Notes: a model not told the origin generated them from the sequence alone. Positions 19,866-31,024 are shown, counted from the first letter of the stretch. The stretch is DNA of 64,000 bases from Candidatus Woesebacteria bacterium GW2011_GWF1_31_35 (GCA_001029755.1 CP011214.1:429767-493766); one strand, 5' to 3'. Program-made: numbers and translations.

Positions 19866-20039
19866 TTTAAATCACCCCCTTGCATATTACTATATGATAG
19901 TACATTTTAAATTATTAATAAGTCAAGACATAAAAAACAAATGTTAGTTTTAATAAAATTATGTTACGCAATAATTGTATTTAAAGATTTTATTATCTAT
20001 CTATTTTAGAAAATTGTTAATTATGTTATAAATAAATAA

Positions 20040-21344
20040 ATGGAAAATGTTCCTAGAGAAACAGAAACAATAGCTGCTAAAAGATCTCTAAGGCTAGCTG
20101 AAAAGATTAGGAATGCTAGAGGAAGGATAACTGTTACTAATTCATGGTGGAACACTCAAGGGTTTGAATTTCTATTACTTCTAATAATTTTTTTATTTAA
20201 TGTATTTTCAATCTATTTCTATTTTGGAACTGCAACAAGTAGTGATACCTTCTTTTCAGGTCCAATAATTCCTTTAATGGCAAAGTTTTTTACAATTTTT
20301 AAAATACCTCTTTCTTACGCGTTTCAAATAGTAAACATTATATTTTTTGTTAGTTTTCCCTTTACTCTTTATTTTTTGATAAAAGAAGTAACAGGTAGAA
20401 AAATAATTGCCTTTATGTCAATTTTAATCGCAAGTTTACCCTTTTATCCATTTGCCCAGGTTAGGGTACTTTCTGCCCTAAATGGAATAGATAGTGCACA
20501 CGTAGCTAGTCTTACAATCACATCTCTTGCGCTTTTAGCCCTTTTTTCATTTTTAAAGGATGGTGGAGCAAAAAATTTGTTCAAATCAAGTTTAACAGCT
20601 TCATTAATTGCACTTATCTCGCCATTTGGTTTTACAACTTTTTTGATTTTTTCTGTAATTTTAACTTTTTCTGAAATGCTTTTAGGTGGGGGAAGACTTA
20701 AATTTTTTAGATTTTTGAGTATGCTCTTTTTTACAGGAACACTTGTTGCTTTTTGGTATAACCCCAGTTTTTCTTTTTGGATATTAACAGGAGATTTGGG
20801 TGAAGAAGTAAGAAGAACATTTACAAAACTTATTCCACTATCTTTTTTTGCTATTCCTGCAATTGCTGTTTTTGGATATCTTCTTTTTGACAGAAAGCCT
20901 AGTTTGCAGCCTGTATTTTTAGCAAGCTTTTTTACAATTGCATTTATTCTAATTTCATTTGCAGGGGGTGGAATTTTTCCATCACACCCTTCAAGATACA
21001 TTCCAGAACTTGGAATATCATTATCTTACTTAATTAGTGTAGTTTTATTAAAAGCATATGAAAGTTTACCTTTCTTTAAAACTCACAGGCCTGTTGCAAA
21101 GGTAATTTTAACCATTATGTTTTTAAGCCTTGGCTTAGGAATTATTTTAGGTTCAAGTAATCTTGCCCCAAAGGAAGATGTTTTAGGAATTTGGACAGGA
21201 ATTGAAAAAGGGACATTATGGAGAGAAAAGGAAAGATTTAATGGTATAAGTTCAGCTATTGGATATTTAGTTTCAACTGCTAGTTTATTTTTTCTAACCT
21301 TCCTCTATACTAAAAATTCAAAGCAGGTAAGTGTTACAAGTTAA
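20040..21344 (+). CDS. Polytopic membrane protein (GT-C-like, related to 9508)
   Basis: About 12 TMs; GPIIP, FWYNP and PEL motifs shared with the 9508 protein. Confidence 0.65.
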   Translation: MENVPRETETIAAKRSLRLAEKIRNARGRITVTNSWWNTQGFEFLLLLIIFLFNVFSIYFYFGTATSSDTFFSGPIIPLMAKFFTIFKIPLSYAFQIVNIIFFVSFPFTLYFLIKEVTGRKIIAFMSILIASLPFYPFAQVRVLSALNGIDSAHVASLTITSLALLALFSFLKDGGAKNLFKSSLTASLIALISPFGFTTFLIFSVILTFSEMLLGGGRLKFFRFLSMLFFTGTLVAFWYNPSFSFWILTGDLGEEVRRTFTKLIPLSFFAIPAIAVFGYLLFDRKPSLQPVFLASFFTIAFILISFAGGGIFPSHPSRYIPELGISLSYLISVVLLKAYESLPFFKTHRPVAKVILTIMFLSLGLGIILGSSNLAPKEDVLGIWTGIEKGTLWREKERFNGISSAIGYLVSTASLFFLTFLYTKNSKQVSVTS

Positions 21345-21377
21345 TAAATTAAAAAATAAATTATTTATTCTAATAAT

Positions 21378-22619
21378 ATGAATTCAAGATCGAAAATAAC
21401 CAAAATTGCAGTTTTTCATTCAGGATTTATTTATACAGGAGGAGGAGAAAGGATAGTAATGGAAGAGGTTAAGGGTTTAAGAGAAAAAGGATACATCGTT
21501 GATTTATTTGTTCCAAACTATGACCCTACTTTAAGTTATCCTGACATAATAGGTAAATGGAAAGTAAAAACTTTTATTCCACAACTGCCTCGTAATTTTC
21601 CCTTAAGGTTTGCAATCCAACTTGTAATAAGTTGTTTGGCTGCTCCATTTATCGCTGGTAGATTTAAAAAATATGATGTGTTTTTAGGAGCAAATCAACC
21701 TGGTGCATATATGGCTTGGGTAATTACCAAGATATTAAAAAAGCCTTATTTTGTTTACCTTAGCCAGCCTAATAGAGTACTTTATCCAAGAGATCATGAA
21801 GATTGGCAAAATGTAAAAGATTATTACTTTTTAAGTAAAATCATTAACTCAATTTTTAGAAAAGTAGTTATTTTTCTTGATACAAAATCAATTACTGAAA
21901 GTGAAAACCTTTTAATAAATGGCAAGTTTGTTGCCAAAGAAATAATAAAAATTTATGGCCCCAGTAAATGGACAGATTGCCCAGGCGGGGCAAAACCAGG
22001 GGCTAAAAGTATATTATCTATTAATAGAATGATAGGACAGATTGAAATAAACGGTCACACTCCTCAAAAACCATATATTTTATATACCTCACGTCATGAA
22101 CCTTGGAAAAGATTTGATTGGGCAATAGAAGTTATGAGTAAAGTAATTAAAAAATATCCTGATGTAAGATTGGTTATTCCTGGAGCTTCGACAACAGTTA
22201 CTCCAAAATTAAAGTTACTTTCTGAAAAATTAGGAATTGCTGATAGAGTTATCTTTACGGGTACCATTAAGGATAAATCACTTTTTGATCTTTATCAAAA
22301 TGCATATACCTATATTTTTACATCCCCAAAAGAAGATTTAGGGGTTGTTGTTGAAGAAGCTCAGGCTGCAGGTACCCCAGTTGTAGCTTGGAATGCAGGA
22401 GGACCTACTGTTACAGTTGTTGATGGTAAAACTGGATTTCTCTGCACTCCCTTTAACAAAAATGAAATGGCGGGAAAGATAGTTGATCTTTTAAATAATC
22501 CCAAAATTAGAGACAAGATGGGAAATGATGCCTGGAAACATATTAAGGACAATTTTTCTTGGAAAAAACATGTAAATATAATAGAGAAGTTGTTTTTATT
22601 AAAATTATTTGATAATTAA
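21378..22619 (+). CDS. GT4 glycosyltransferase
   Basis: GGGER N-terminal motif; EDLGVVVEEAQAAGTPVV. Confidence 0.92.
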   Translation: MNSRSKITKIAVFHSGFIYTGGGERIVMEEVKGLREKGYIVDLFVPNYDPTLSYPDIIGKWKVKTFIPQLPRNFPLRFAIQLVISCLAAPFIAGRFKKYDVFLGANQPGAYMAWVITKILKKPYFVYLSQPNRVLYPRDHEDWQNVKDYYFLSKIINSIFRKVVIFLDTKSITESENLLINGKFVAKEIIKIYGPSKWTDCPGGAKPGAKSILSINRMIGQIEINGHTPQKPYILYTSRHEPWKRFDWAIEVMSKVIKKYPDVRLVIPGASTTVTPKLKLLSEKLGIADRVIFTGTIKDKSLFDLYQNAYTYIFTSPKEDLGVVVEEAQAAGTPVVAWNAGGPTVTVVDGKTGFLCTPFNKNEMAGKIVDLLNNPKIRDKMGNDAWKHIKDNFSWKKHVNIIEKLFLLKLFDN

Positions 22620-22698
22620 ATTGTTAAATATAGATTCACCTATTCTTCTTGCTGATAGTATTATTAAGTTATATTTGATAAATTAATAATTAGAAAAT

Positions 22699-24285
22699 AT
22701 GGTTAATATTTTTGATAAAGTCTTAGGAAGCGAAGATGATTTAGAAGTTAGTCCTAGTGAATTAGAAAAAAGAGAAACAGTAAAAGTCAAATTTAATTGG
22801 AATAATTTAATTTTACCCTCTTTAATTTTTTTAATAGCAATAATTGTTAGACTTTTATATACATTTGTCTTTAGTAATCCTAATTTTCCAGGTTGGTATA
22901 CTGATGTATTTCATCATTGGCAAATTGCATATCTTTCAAAAGAAATAGGCTTTCATCAAGGATTTCTAAGGCTTTGGGATTTTAAAGGAATGGAGTTTTT
23001 TTGGGGACTTTTACATCCTTTAGTTTTAGTTATTCTCTTTTCAATCACAGGATCAATTAGCATTATAATTCCAAGACTTCTTTCAATTTTTGGAGGTTCA
23101 CTATCAATTGCCCTACTTTTTATTCTTATTAAAAGACACTTTAATCAAAAAACTGCAATAGCGGTTTCTCTTTTTGCAATATTTTTCCCAATAACCATCT
23201 TTAGTAATTCAGCTGGTATGCAGGAAGAACTTGGTATGCCACTTATTTTAGGAGCTTTAATTGCATTTCCGAGTTATCCAATTGTCTCCGGGGTTTTTCT
23301 TTCTTTTGCTTCAATGGTAAGAGCTGAATATTGGATATTTAGTTTTGGTTTAATTTTAGCTTCTCTATTTTTAAGAAAAAATATGGATAAAGTAATTTTA
23401 ATGGTTATTTCATATCTTATTCCGATTGTTTTTTATATGAAATATTTAATTAATTGGACAGGTAGTTTTATTTTTCCAATAAAACTTAATTTTTTTGCTT
23501 CAGTTAGAGGAGATTGGTTTGAAGACTTACCTATAATTGGAGCCAAACTTATAGCTAAAAGAATTTCTCAAGGGATATTTGGATTTGGAGTTTTAGGAGC
23601 TTTAATTACTTTAATTAAAAAACCTAAAGCTTCGCTACTTTTGTTATTTGGATTTGGAAACATAATCTTTATTGGTTTTATGATTGGTTTTGGAGCTTAT
23701 GTTAAAGGTTATATTCCAAGGTTTTGGGTTGACAGACTTTATAATTGGCCATATTTATTTACGGCGATTTTAATAATTATTTTTCTTTTTTATTGGATTC
23801 CAAATAAGTTTCAAAAGTTAAAAGTTACTTCAGAAGTTTTTGCTTGGTTGATTTTAGCTTTTGGAATTTTAATAAGTCAATTAATTTGGAAACCAATTAA
23901 CTTTTTTATGCAACCGGTTGAAGAAATTTATAATTCAGAAAAACTTCAAGCTAAAGATATTGCTAATTATTATGAAGGGGGAGGTATTTTACTACCTGAG
24001 GATAGGCCATATATAACATACTTTTTAGCACATGATTATAAAATTGAAGGTAAAAACATGGTCGGACAAATGTTTGATCCATTTTTCTATTTTACTAATA
24101 AAGAAGAACCTTTTAATAATTGGGGAGAGGATAGAGAAGTTGTTATTAATTGGTTAGAGAAGAATGATATCAAATTAATTGTTTTAACTACCAATAAACC
24201 AACTTATTTAGGTTTGATTGAAAGAGAACCTGATCTTTTTACAAAACTGCCTTCAGAGTCGGTCAAGTTATATAGATTTAAATAA
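22699..24285 (+). CDS. GT-C (PMT/ArnT-like) membrane glycosyltransferase
   Basis: Loop WYTD after TM1, HPL, RLLS, RAEYW; many TMs. Confidence 0.75.
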   Translation: MVNIFDKVLGSEDDLEVSPSELEKRETVKVKFNWNNLILPSLIFLIAIIVRLLYTFVFSNPNFPGWYTDVFHHWQIAYLSKEIGFHQGFLRLWDFKGMEFFWGLLHPLVLVILFSITGSISIIIPRLLSIFGGSLSIALLFILIKRHFNQKTAIAVSLFAIFFPITIFSNSAGMQEELGMPLILGALIAFPSYPIVSGVFLSFASMVRAEYWIFSFGLILASLFLRKNMDKVILMVISYLIPIVFYMKYLINWTGSFIFPIKLNFFASVRGDWFEDLPIIGAKLIAKRISQGIFGFGVLGALITLIKKPKASLLLLFGFGNIIFIGFMIGFGAYVKGYIPRFWVDRLYNWPYLFTAILIIIFLFYWIPNKFQKLKVTSEVFAWLILAFGILISQLIWKPINFFMQPVEEIYNSEKLQAKDIANYYEGGGILLPEDRPYITYFLAHDYKIEGKNMVGQMFDPFFYFTNKEEPFNNWGEDREVVINWLEKNDIKLIVLTTNKPTYLGLIEREPDLFTKLPSESVKLYRFK

Positions 24286-24316
24286 ATAATTTATTATCAT
24301 AAGCTTTTAAAATTAA

Positions 24317-25129
24317 ATGGCAGGGTATAAATTTGATTATGAAACAAAAGTTTGGGGAGGAGAAAAACTTCGGGTAAGCCCTATCCATTTTCGTGCCTCA
24401 AGACTTTATTTTGCATTACAGGAATTAAAGAATAAAAAAGGAAAACTTTTAGATGTTGGTTGTGGGGCAGGGGATTTTATTGAAGCTTTTTCTTTTTATC
24501 TTCCTAAACTTGATTTTACTGGAATTGATATTTCTAAAAAAGCTATTGACAGGGCAAAATCAAGAAAAATAAAAGCTAAATTTTTAGTATCAGGGGCCGA
24601 GAAACTTCCTTTTAAAAATAATTCTTTTGACATGGTTACCTGTTTTGATGTTTTAGAACATGTCAAAAATCCTACTCAAATGATTAAAGAAATGTATAGA
24701 GTACTTAAGGTCGGTGGAACATTTTATGCATTTATTCCAACTGAAGATAATATCTTTTCTCCAGAAGGCTTATTAATTAAATTAGGTTGGAAAGCAAAAG
24801 AAATCTATGGAGGTCATCCCCATCACTATAATAGAGAGTATGTTTTAAAATTATTGAAAGCTGCTGGTTTTAGGATTAATAAAATAAAGTATGGAGAACA
24901 TTTTACAAACCAAATAATTGAAATTTTTTATTTTTCTTATCTTTCGATTAGGGGAAAAAATACAGACGTTACTGTAGAAGGTTACCTTGCAAAAAATAAA
25001 AAGGGTTTTGGTGTATATATTCTTAACTTAATAAAAAATTTCTTTTCTACTATTTCCTATTTTGAAGCAAGACTACTATGTAATCTATCTGGGGGATTGG
25101 GAATTCATCTTACATGTACAAAAAAATGA
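24317..25129 (+). CDS. Class I SAM-dependent methyltransferase
   Basis: LLDVGCGAG, LPFKNNSFD, VLEHV. Confidence 0.9.
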   Translation: MAGYKFDYETKVWGGEKLRVSPIHFRASRLYFALQELKNKKGKLLDVGCGAGDFIEAFSFYLPKLDFTGIDISKKAIDRAKSRKIKAKFLVSGAEKLPFKNNSFDMVTCFDVLEHVKNPTQMIKEMYRVLKVGGTFYAFIPTEDNIFSPEGLLIKLGWKAKEIYGGHPHHYNREYVLKLLKAAGFRINKIKYGEHFTNQIIEIFYFSYLSIRGKNTDVTVEGYLAKNKKGFGVYILNLIKNFFSTISYFEARLLCNLSGGLGIHLTCTKK

Positions 25130-25962
25130 ACTTTACATTAACACAAGGAAAATTCTATGATAAGCATCCAGTCTTTTTACCTTGGTCTCAAGTTTTAATT
25201 AAGCATAATTTAAAATTACTTTATAGGCTAAAAGAAATATATATTAAAAAGGATCTAGATAAACTTGGGATGAAAAAAGGAAGCAGTGTTCTGGAAGTTG
25301 GTTCTGGACAGGGGATATTCTTAAATAGATTATCTAGCTACTATAATGTTATAGCTTTAGGTGTCGATGTGTCGGATGATTCTATTAAATATGCAAACAA
25401 ATACTGTTCAGATAATAATTTGAAATTTATCAAAGCTAGTGCAACAAACCTTCCTTTTAAAGATAAAAATTTTGATACCATTGTCAGTTTTGATACTATG
25501 GAACATGTTAAAAATCAAAACAAAATGCTTTCTGAGATTATTCGCGTTTTAAAGCAAAATGGAAAATTTCTTGTCTATACACTTAATAGCAAGGATGATT
25601 TCACCTTGGATTGGTTTTGGGCAAAGATCGGTTTTGATATTTATAAAAGGGCAATGCATAAAAGAGAACTTTTTGTCGATTCACATAAAATGATAAATGA
25701 CCTAAAAGATATGGGAATTAAATCTTTAAAGATTAATTATTATGGAGGTTTATTTACTATTGGTTTTGATGAAATTCTTATGGTCTTTCTATTAGTTTTA
25801 GGTAAGCTCGGACTTTTCAAATATGATTTATTGGGAGAAGTAATTTTTTATGTCTTAGATAAACTTTCAAGGATTATTTATCCAGCATTTAATTATTTAG
25901 ATAGTTTTTGGTATAAGAAAGGATACTCACTTGGTTTTTCAGTTAGTGGGACTAAAGAATGA
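25114..25962 (+). CDS. Class I SAM-dependent methyltransferase
   Basis: VLEVGSGQG, LPFKDKNFD, MEHV. Confidence 0.9.
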   Translation: MYKKMNFTLTQGKFYDKHPVFLPWSQVLIKHNLKLLYRLKEIYIKKDLDKLGMKKGSSVLEVGSGQGIFLNRLSSYYNVIALGVDVSDDSIKYANKYCSDNNLKFIKASATNLPFKDKNFDTIVSFDTMEHVKNQNKMLSEIIRVLKQNGKFLVYTLNSKDDFTLDWFWAKIGFDIYKRAMHKRELFVDSHKMINDLKDMGIKSLKINYYGGLFTIGFDEILMVFLLVLGKLGLFKYDLLGEVIFYVLDKLSRIIYPAFNYLDSFWYKKGYSLGFSVSGTKE

Positions 25963-27203
25963 AAAATAAAAAATTAAAAATAGCTATTTTTCATTTAGCC
26001 TTTTTTTATTCGGGAGGTGGGGAAAGACTTGTTTTAGAGGAGATTAAAGGTTTAAAACTAAAAGGACATAAAGTAACCTGCTACTCACCAGTTGTTTATG
26101 AAAATCTTTGTTTTCCCGATAAAATTAAAAGCTTTGGTATAAAAACAATACTTCCAAGGTTTCCAAGGTTAATTGCTCACCAGGAAACATTAGAAATTTT
26201 ATTGACATGTGTTTTGTTTCCCTTTTTTGCATATAAATTTAAAAATTACGATGTTATTTTAGCAGCCAACCAGCCAAGTGCATGGTTTGCCTTTTGGGTT
26301 AAAAAATTCTTTCAAGTTCCTTATGTTACATATCTTGCTCAGGCAACACGGATTTTATATCCAAGAAAAATTGACAAATCTACAGGTATTTGGATGAAAC
26401 AAAAATCTAGAGTTTTACCCTTATTGGTTAAAATATTTAAACCTATCTTTTGGTGGGCAGATATAATTAGTATTCAAAATTCAGATAAAGTACTAGTTAA
26501 TGGTGATTATGTTGCTGGAATAATAAAAAAAGTTTATGGGGTAAATGTTGTTTCTTGTCCAGCGGGGGCTTGTATTTTAGATAAATCTAAAAATAACCAC
26601 TTTGTAGGTAAAGTAAAAATAAACGACCTAGTAATTGATAAACCATATATTTTAGTTACAAATAGACATTTTCCTCAGAAGAAATTTGAGTATGCGATTA
26701 ATGCTATAGAGGAAATTGTTAGAACAAAACACGATGTAAGATTGGTAATTACGGGGAATGAAACAGAATATACTAAATATTTGAAAGAATTGGTCAAAAA
26801 AAGATCATTGGAAAAAAATATTTTCTTCACAGGTTATGTACCTGAAAATATGTTAAAAGAACTTTATAAGAATGCGACAGTTTATGTCTATACCTCTGCT
26901 GAAGAAGATTTTGGAATGGGTGTTATTGAAGCAATGGCAGCTAGTGTTCCAGTTATCGCTTGGAATAGAGGTGGACCAACTACAACTATTATTAATGGTA
27001 AAACAGGATATCTAATTAAATCTTATGATCAGAAAAAATTTATGACAAAAATTATTAAACTTTTAGTAGATAAAAAATTAAATTCATCTATGAGTATGAA
27101 GGCAAGAATTCATGTTTCAAAAAATTTCACAATAATTAATCATATGAATATTTTAGAAAAGACACTCACCAAGGTAACTAAAGAATTTAGCAAAAATAAA
27201 TAA
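25959..27203 (+). CDS. GT4 glycosyltransferase (paralog of 21378)
   Basis: GGGER; EDFGMGVIEAMA. Confidence 0.92.
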   Translation: MKNKKLKIAIFHLAFFYSGGGERLVLEEIKGLKLKGHKVTCYSPVVYENLCFPDKIKSFGIKTILPRFPRLIAHQETLEILLTCVLFPFFAYKFKNYDVILAANQPSAWFAFWVKKFFQVPYVTYLAQATRILYPRKIDKSTGIWMKQKSRVLPLLVKIFKPIFWWADIISIQNSDKVLVNGDYVAGIIKKVYGVNVVSCPAGACILDKSKNNHFVGKVKINDLVIDKPYILVTNRHFPQKKFEYAINAIEEIVRTKHDVRLVITGNETEYTKYLKELVKKRSLEKNIFFTGYVPENMLKELYKNATVYVYTSAEEDFGMGVIEAMAASVPVIAWNRGGPTTTIINGKTGYLIKSYDQKKFMTKIIKLLVDKKLNSSMSMKARIHVSKNFTIINHMNILEKTLTKVTKEFSKNK

Positions 27204-27208
27204 AAGAG

Positions 27209-28393
27209 TTAAGATAATTCTTTTACACCGAACTTCAATTCTTGACCTATTTTATAGGAAAATTTACTCCAGGAACATTCCTTACAAATCTTAATGGATA
27301 GAATTCGTGCCTTTTCTTTTGCTGATTTTTTGTTCTGAAGGATGTTTATTAATTTTGAATAAATATCTTTGGGACTATTTGGTTTAACTAATAATCCATT
27401 CTTACCAACAATTTCTGCCAAACCAATGTTATTTGTTAATATTGTTGGTATACCGGCGGCTATTGCCTCCGCTGCGGCTTGACCCCACGTATTGCCATTG
27501 TTAACAAAGATAAAAACATCTACATTTTGATAAAGTTTTTTCTTTTCACTTTCTGATAAATATTCTATAAATTCAACATTTTTGGATATCTTTAGTTTAT
27601 TAATATGATTTAATAATTCTACTTTGTAGCTAGGAGAAAAATCAGAACGACCTAAAATAATCAGTTTTACATTTTTTTTAATGATTAACAGTTTTTTAAG
27701 TGCAATAAAAATATCTTCATAACCTCTATATGGTATTAACATTCCCACAGAGAGTAGTGTAAATGTTTTACTTGTTTTGGTTTTTAATAATTTCCTTAAA
27801 TTCATATATTCTTCGACATCTGCGCCATTCGAAAAATTAAAAACTGGTTTATTTAAGTATTTATTAACAATTCGTTGATTAGTTGAATCGTAAACTCCAA
27901 TTTTATTAACTTTTGATAAACCTCTAATAAAAGGAAACGAAAGTATATTATGAATAATATTATTATTATAAGTAAAATAACTAAGTTTTTGGATAGAGGG
28001 TTGGGTATTTAGATACCAAAGAACGTATACATTAGAAGTATTGACTAAATTAAGTAGTAATAAACTCATCATGTCATGAATAACTATTGCATCAAAATTA
28101 TGCATTTTTCTTGAATGGAAAGCCTTATAAAGTAAAAATATGATTAAGAAATATTTCAAAGGATTTTGTCCATTTATAAATCTATTTAAACTCGATTTAT
28201 TCTCATGTTTGTTAATTGTAATTCCTGGACTTATTCTAAAAGATTTTAGTTGTCGATAAATTTCACCATCATAAATTGAAGTAATTAGTTCAACAGAGTT
28301 TTTCTTGGTGTCTAGATGTTTTAAAAGTTGAAGGGCTGTTTTTGTGGTTCCCCCGGCAACATTTAAAAGTTGAACAGACATTAAAACACGCAT
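27209..28393 (-). CDS. GT4 glycosyltransferase
   Basis: AGG motif; TWGQAAAEAIAAGIP. Confidence 0.85.
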   Translation of the reverse strand: MRVLMSVQLLNVAGGTTKTALQLLKHLDTKKNSVELITSIYDGEIYRQLKSFRISPGITINKHENKSSLNRFINGQNPLKYFLIIFLLYKAFHSRKMHNFDAIVIHDMMSLLLLNLVNTSNVYVLWYLNTQPSIQKLSYFTYNNNIIHNILSFPFIRGLSKVNKIGVYDSTNQRIVNKYLNKPVFNFSNGADVEEYMNLRKLLKTKTSKTFTLLSVGMLIPYRGYEDIFIALKKLLIIKKNVKLIILGRSDFSPSYKVELLNHINKLKISKNVEFIEYLSESEKKKLYQNVDVFIFVNNGNTWGQAAAEAIAAGIPTILTNNIGLAEIVGKNGLLVKPNSPKDIYSKLINILQNKKSAKEKARILSIKICKECSWSKFSYKIGQELKFGVKELS

Positions 28394-28394
28394 A

Positions 28395-28856
28395 TTAGGC
28401 CCTGATCTTTTCTTTTATTTTTGTCGTCGAATTGTTTGTAGTTCTAGGAACATAAATGACTGCAATTTTATGTTTATTTAACCAGTTCGCATTAAAATTC
28501 ATTTGTTTGCAATAATCTCTTTCTATCCAATCCATACCTATAATTACAACATCGGGTTTAACTTTTAGGATTGTTTTTTTTGAATCTTCATTACCAATAT
28601 TGACAATAACTTTATCAATGGATTTAATATTCGAAATAATTTTTTTCCTCTCTTCATATGTCATTATTGGATAGACTTTTTTGAATCTAAAAACAAATTC
28701 ATCAGTATTTAGTGCCACGACAACTTTTCCATGTTTTCCTGCATATCGACGACAATAGTCAAACAATTCCATGTGACCTGTATGGGGGATATCAAAAGTA
28801 CCTCCTGTATATACAATCATTGAAAAACCAGGTATACCTTTTTTTATTCTTTGCAT
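28395..28856 (-). CDS. Cytidylyltransferase-like protein (TagD/RfaE domain II family)
   Basis: YTGGTFDIPHTGH (HxGH), NTDEF, STTKIK; likely start is ATG 28820. Confidence 0.9.
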   Translation of the reverse strand: MQRIKKGIPGFSMIVYTGGTFDIPHTGHMELFDYCRRYAGKHGKVVVALNTDEFVFRFKKVYPIMTYEERKKIISNIKSIDKVIVNIGNEDSKKTILKVKPDVVIIGMDWIERDYCKQMNFNANWLNKHKIAVIYVPRTTNNSTTKIKEKIRA

Positions 28857-28931
28857 TGTTGAATCATTTTTACCATGTTTAATTTGTTGTTACAAGTCCA
28901 AAACAAATAAATTTAGCTTTAGGTTTTATTT

Positions 28932-29777
28932 TTAATTTTTCTTTCCAATATAATAGAATGACGAAGCTAAAATATAGGCGTGCTTTTTCTTTACAAGAAA
29001 TAAATCAAGATATTTTAATGGAAAGATTAACCAGCCTGTTATAAATAGTGTAATACGGTGAAGGAACTTGTTATCAAAAAATGATGCGATAAATTCACGT
29101 AATATCCAGGCAAGTGCCGATGCTGGACCTATTCCTATTCCAGTCTCAACTTCATGGAAATTCTTCATTAAAAATCTTAAACCATCTAACGTTAAACGGT
29201 TATAATCCGATGGACTTGGATGGTATAACTGAAGAAATGGCATACTGATATAAACTAATCCATTAGGAGTTAAAACTCTATTAATTTCTGAGACAGCTTT
29301 TTTAATATCTTTAACATGTTCTAAAACATATTGGCATATTACAAGATCTAAAGAATTGTCCTTAAAAGGCAAACTTGTAATATCCGCTACAATATCTATA
29401 TCCATGTCAGGATTAATATCAAGATTAATCACTTTTTTAGATTTAATTTCAGATCCAATACTTAAAGCAATACCATTTTTAGGTAACTTTCGAATTAAGG
29501 AGTTTTCTTTATTTACAATTCTTAAAGTATCGGATGGAGGAAATAAAGATTTAATAAATTTATTTTCTTCAAAATTAAAACGAGAGTCTTTGGCTGTTTT
29601 TATATTTTTAGCATCTTCCTTAAGTTGAGTTTTAGTTATTAATATAGGAATATTATTTTTGTAACTATAGACACTGCCACATTTTTGACATTTCAGTTCA
29701 TTTGTTGATTTTAGAGTTTTACCACAACAAGGCGATTGTAATATTTTTACAAATAACTTATCATTTTTCATCCTCAT
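28932..29777 (-). CDS. Methyltransferase with a Trm112-like N-terminal Zn-ribbon
   Basis: PCCG...CQKCG...IPIL; LPFKDNSLD, VLEHV, HPSPSDY. Confidence 0.85.
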   Translation of the reverse strand: MRMKNDKLFVKILQSPCCGKTLKSTNELKCQKCGSVYSYKNNIPILITKTQLKEDAKNIKTAKDSRFNFEENKFIKSLFPPSDTLRIVNKENSLIRKLPKNGIALSIGSEIKSKKVINLDINPDMDIDIVADITSLPFKDNSLDLVICQYVLEHVKDIKKAVSEINRVLTPNGLVYISMPFLQLYHPSPSDYNRLTLDGLRFLMKNFHEVETGIGIGPASALAWILREFIASFFDNKFLHRITLFITGWLIFPLKYLDLFLVKKKHAYILASSFYYIGKKN

Positions 29778-29860
29778 ATTATATATAAATACTTCCTTTA
29801 TTGATATACAATTGGATTTAAATAAAATAATATAAAATTATTAATATTTCCAATTTCAAT

Positions 29861-31024
29861 ATGTTAAACATTAATATATGTGACAAACTAAATAAAAAAT
29901 CAATAGCTGTTATAAGGGCTATTGATATTAGAATTAGTCAAGCAGAATATGCTACGCGTTTTAAAAAGTTTAATTCGTTATATCTCTCAAATTACAACAA
30001 AGAAATAAAAAATTATCTTAAAAATAAATCAACTAAATATATATCTCTTGGTATGAAACCCATGTATTTTATTGACCCATTAAAATTTATTTCTGGAAAG
30101 ACGGTTCATCAATCATGGTTGGTTTTTAAACAAAAGGAACTAGAAAGAGTACTAAAAAAGATAGATTTTTATCAAATACAGGAACCATTTTTTTTATATT
30201 CCGGACAAGTTGCGGAAGTTTCTAAAAAATACGATAAGCCTCTAATTATGGCTCCATGGATGTGTTTTAAACATCCCTCCACTTATATTCCTCCATATTC
30301 CTTAAGTGTCAAAAAGTCACTTGAACAAACAGACCTCTTTATAATGAGAACTAACAAAGTAAATGACTATTTATCATTATTTAAATTATCAGATAAAAAG
30401 AAAGTACTTATCTATCATGGTGTTGATACAAAACGTTTTTATCCATTAAAAAATATAGATGATGATAAAGTAAGAATTCTTTTCGTGGGAGTGTTGGATG
30501 AAAGTAAGGGCTTAAATGATATTTTAGAAATTTTTCCTAAATTAGTAAAGTTAAGTAAAAAGAAGTTGGAACTTACCATTTGTGGAAGAGGCAATTTAGA
30601 AAAAAAAGTCGTCGAGATGTCTAGGAGTTTACCAATTAAATATCTAGGTCAAGTTTCTAGCTTAGATCTTCCTGAAATATATAGAAAGTCTGATATCTTT
30701 TGTGGTCCTAGCATAGATGCCTATTCTTTTGGATTAAAACGATGGGAAGAAGGATTCGGCTTTGTATTTGTTGAGAGTATGGCATCTGGTCTTCCTATTG
30801 TTACAAATGACTGCGGTGCAATAAAAGAGGTAGTAGGGGATGATAATTTTGTAAATAGACAAGGGGATCAGAAAAAATTAAAAGACTCTTTGTTAGAACT
30901 TATAAATAATGATAATATTAGAAAGAGTATAGGAGCTAAAAATAGAATTAGAGCTCTTGAAATGTTTGATATAGAAAAACAAGTTTCTAAAGAAGAGAAA
31001 GAAATAGAAAAACACTTTGGTTAA
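29861..31024 (+). CDS. GT4 glycosyltransferase
   Basis: HGVDTKRF, ILFVG, EGFGFVFVESMASGLP. Confidence 0.92.
   Translation: MLNINICDKLNKKSIAVIRAIDIRISQAEYATRFKKFNSLYLSNYNKEIKNYLKNKSTKYISLGMKPMYFIDPLKFISGKTVHQSWLVFKQKELERVLKKIDFYQIQEPFFLYSGQVAEVSKKYDKPLIMAPWMCFKHPSTYIPPYSLSVKKSLEQTDLFIMRTNKVNDYLSLFKLSDKKKVLIYHGVDTKRFYPLKNIDDDKVRILFVGVLDESKGLNDILEIFPKLVKLSKKKLELTICGRGNLEKKVVEMSRSLPIKYLGQVSSLDLPEIYRKSDIFCGPSIDAYSFGLKRWEEGFGFVFVESMASGLPIVTNDCGAIKEVVGDDNFVNRQGDQKKLKDSLLELINNDNIRKSIGAKNRIRALEMFDIEKQVSKEEKEIEKHFG

Noticed and set aside
20444-21001. Long antisense ORFs (this one, also 14570-15058, 38358-38849, 47214-47579 and similar)
   Set aside because: They lie fully opposite well-supported genes and have no recognisable motifs.
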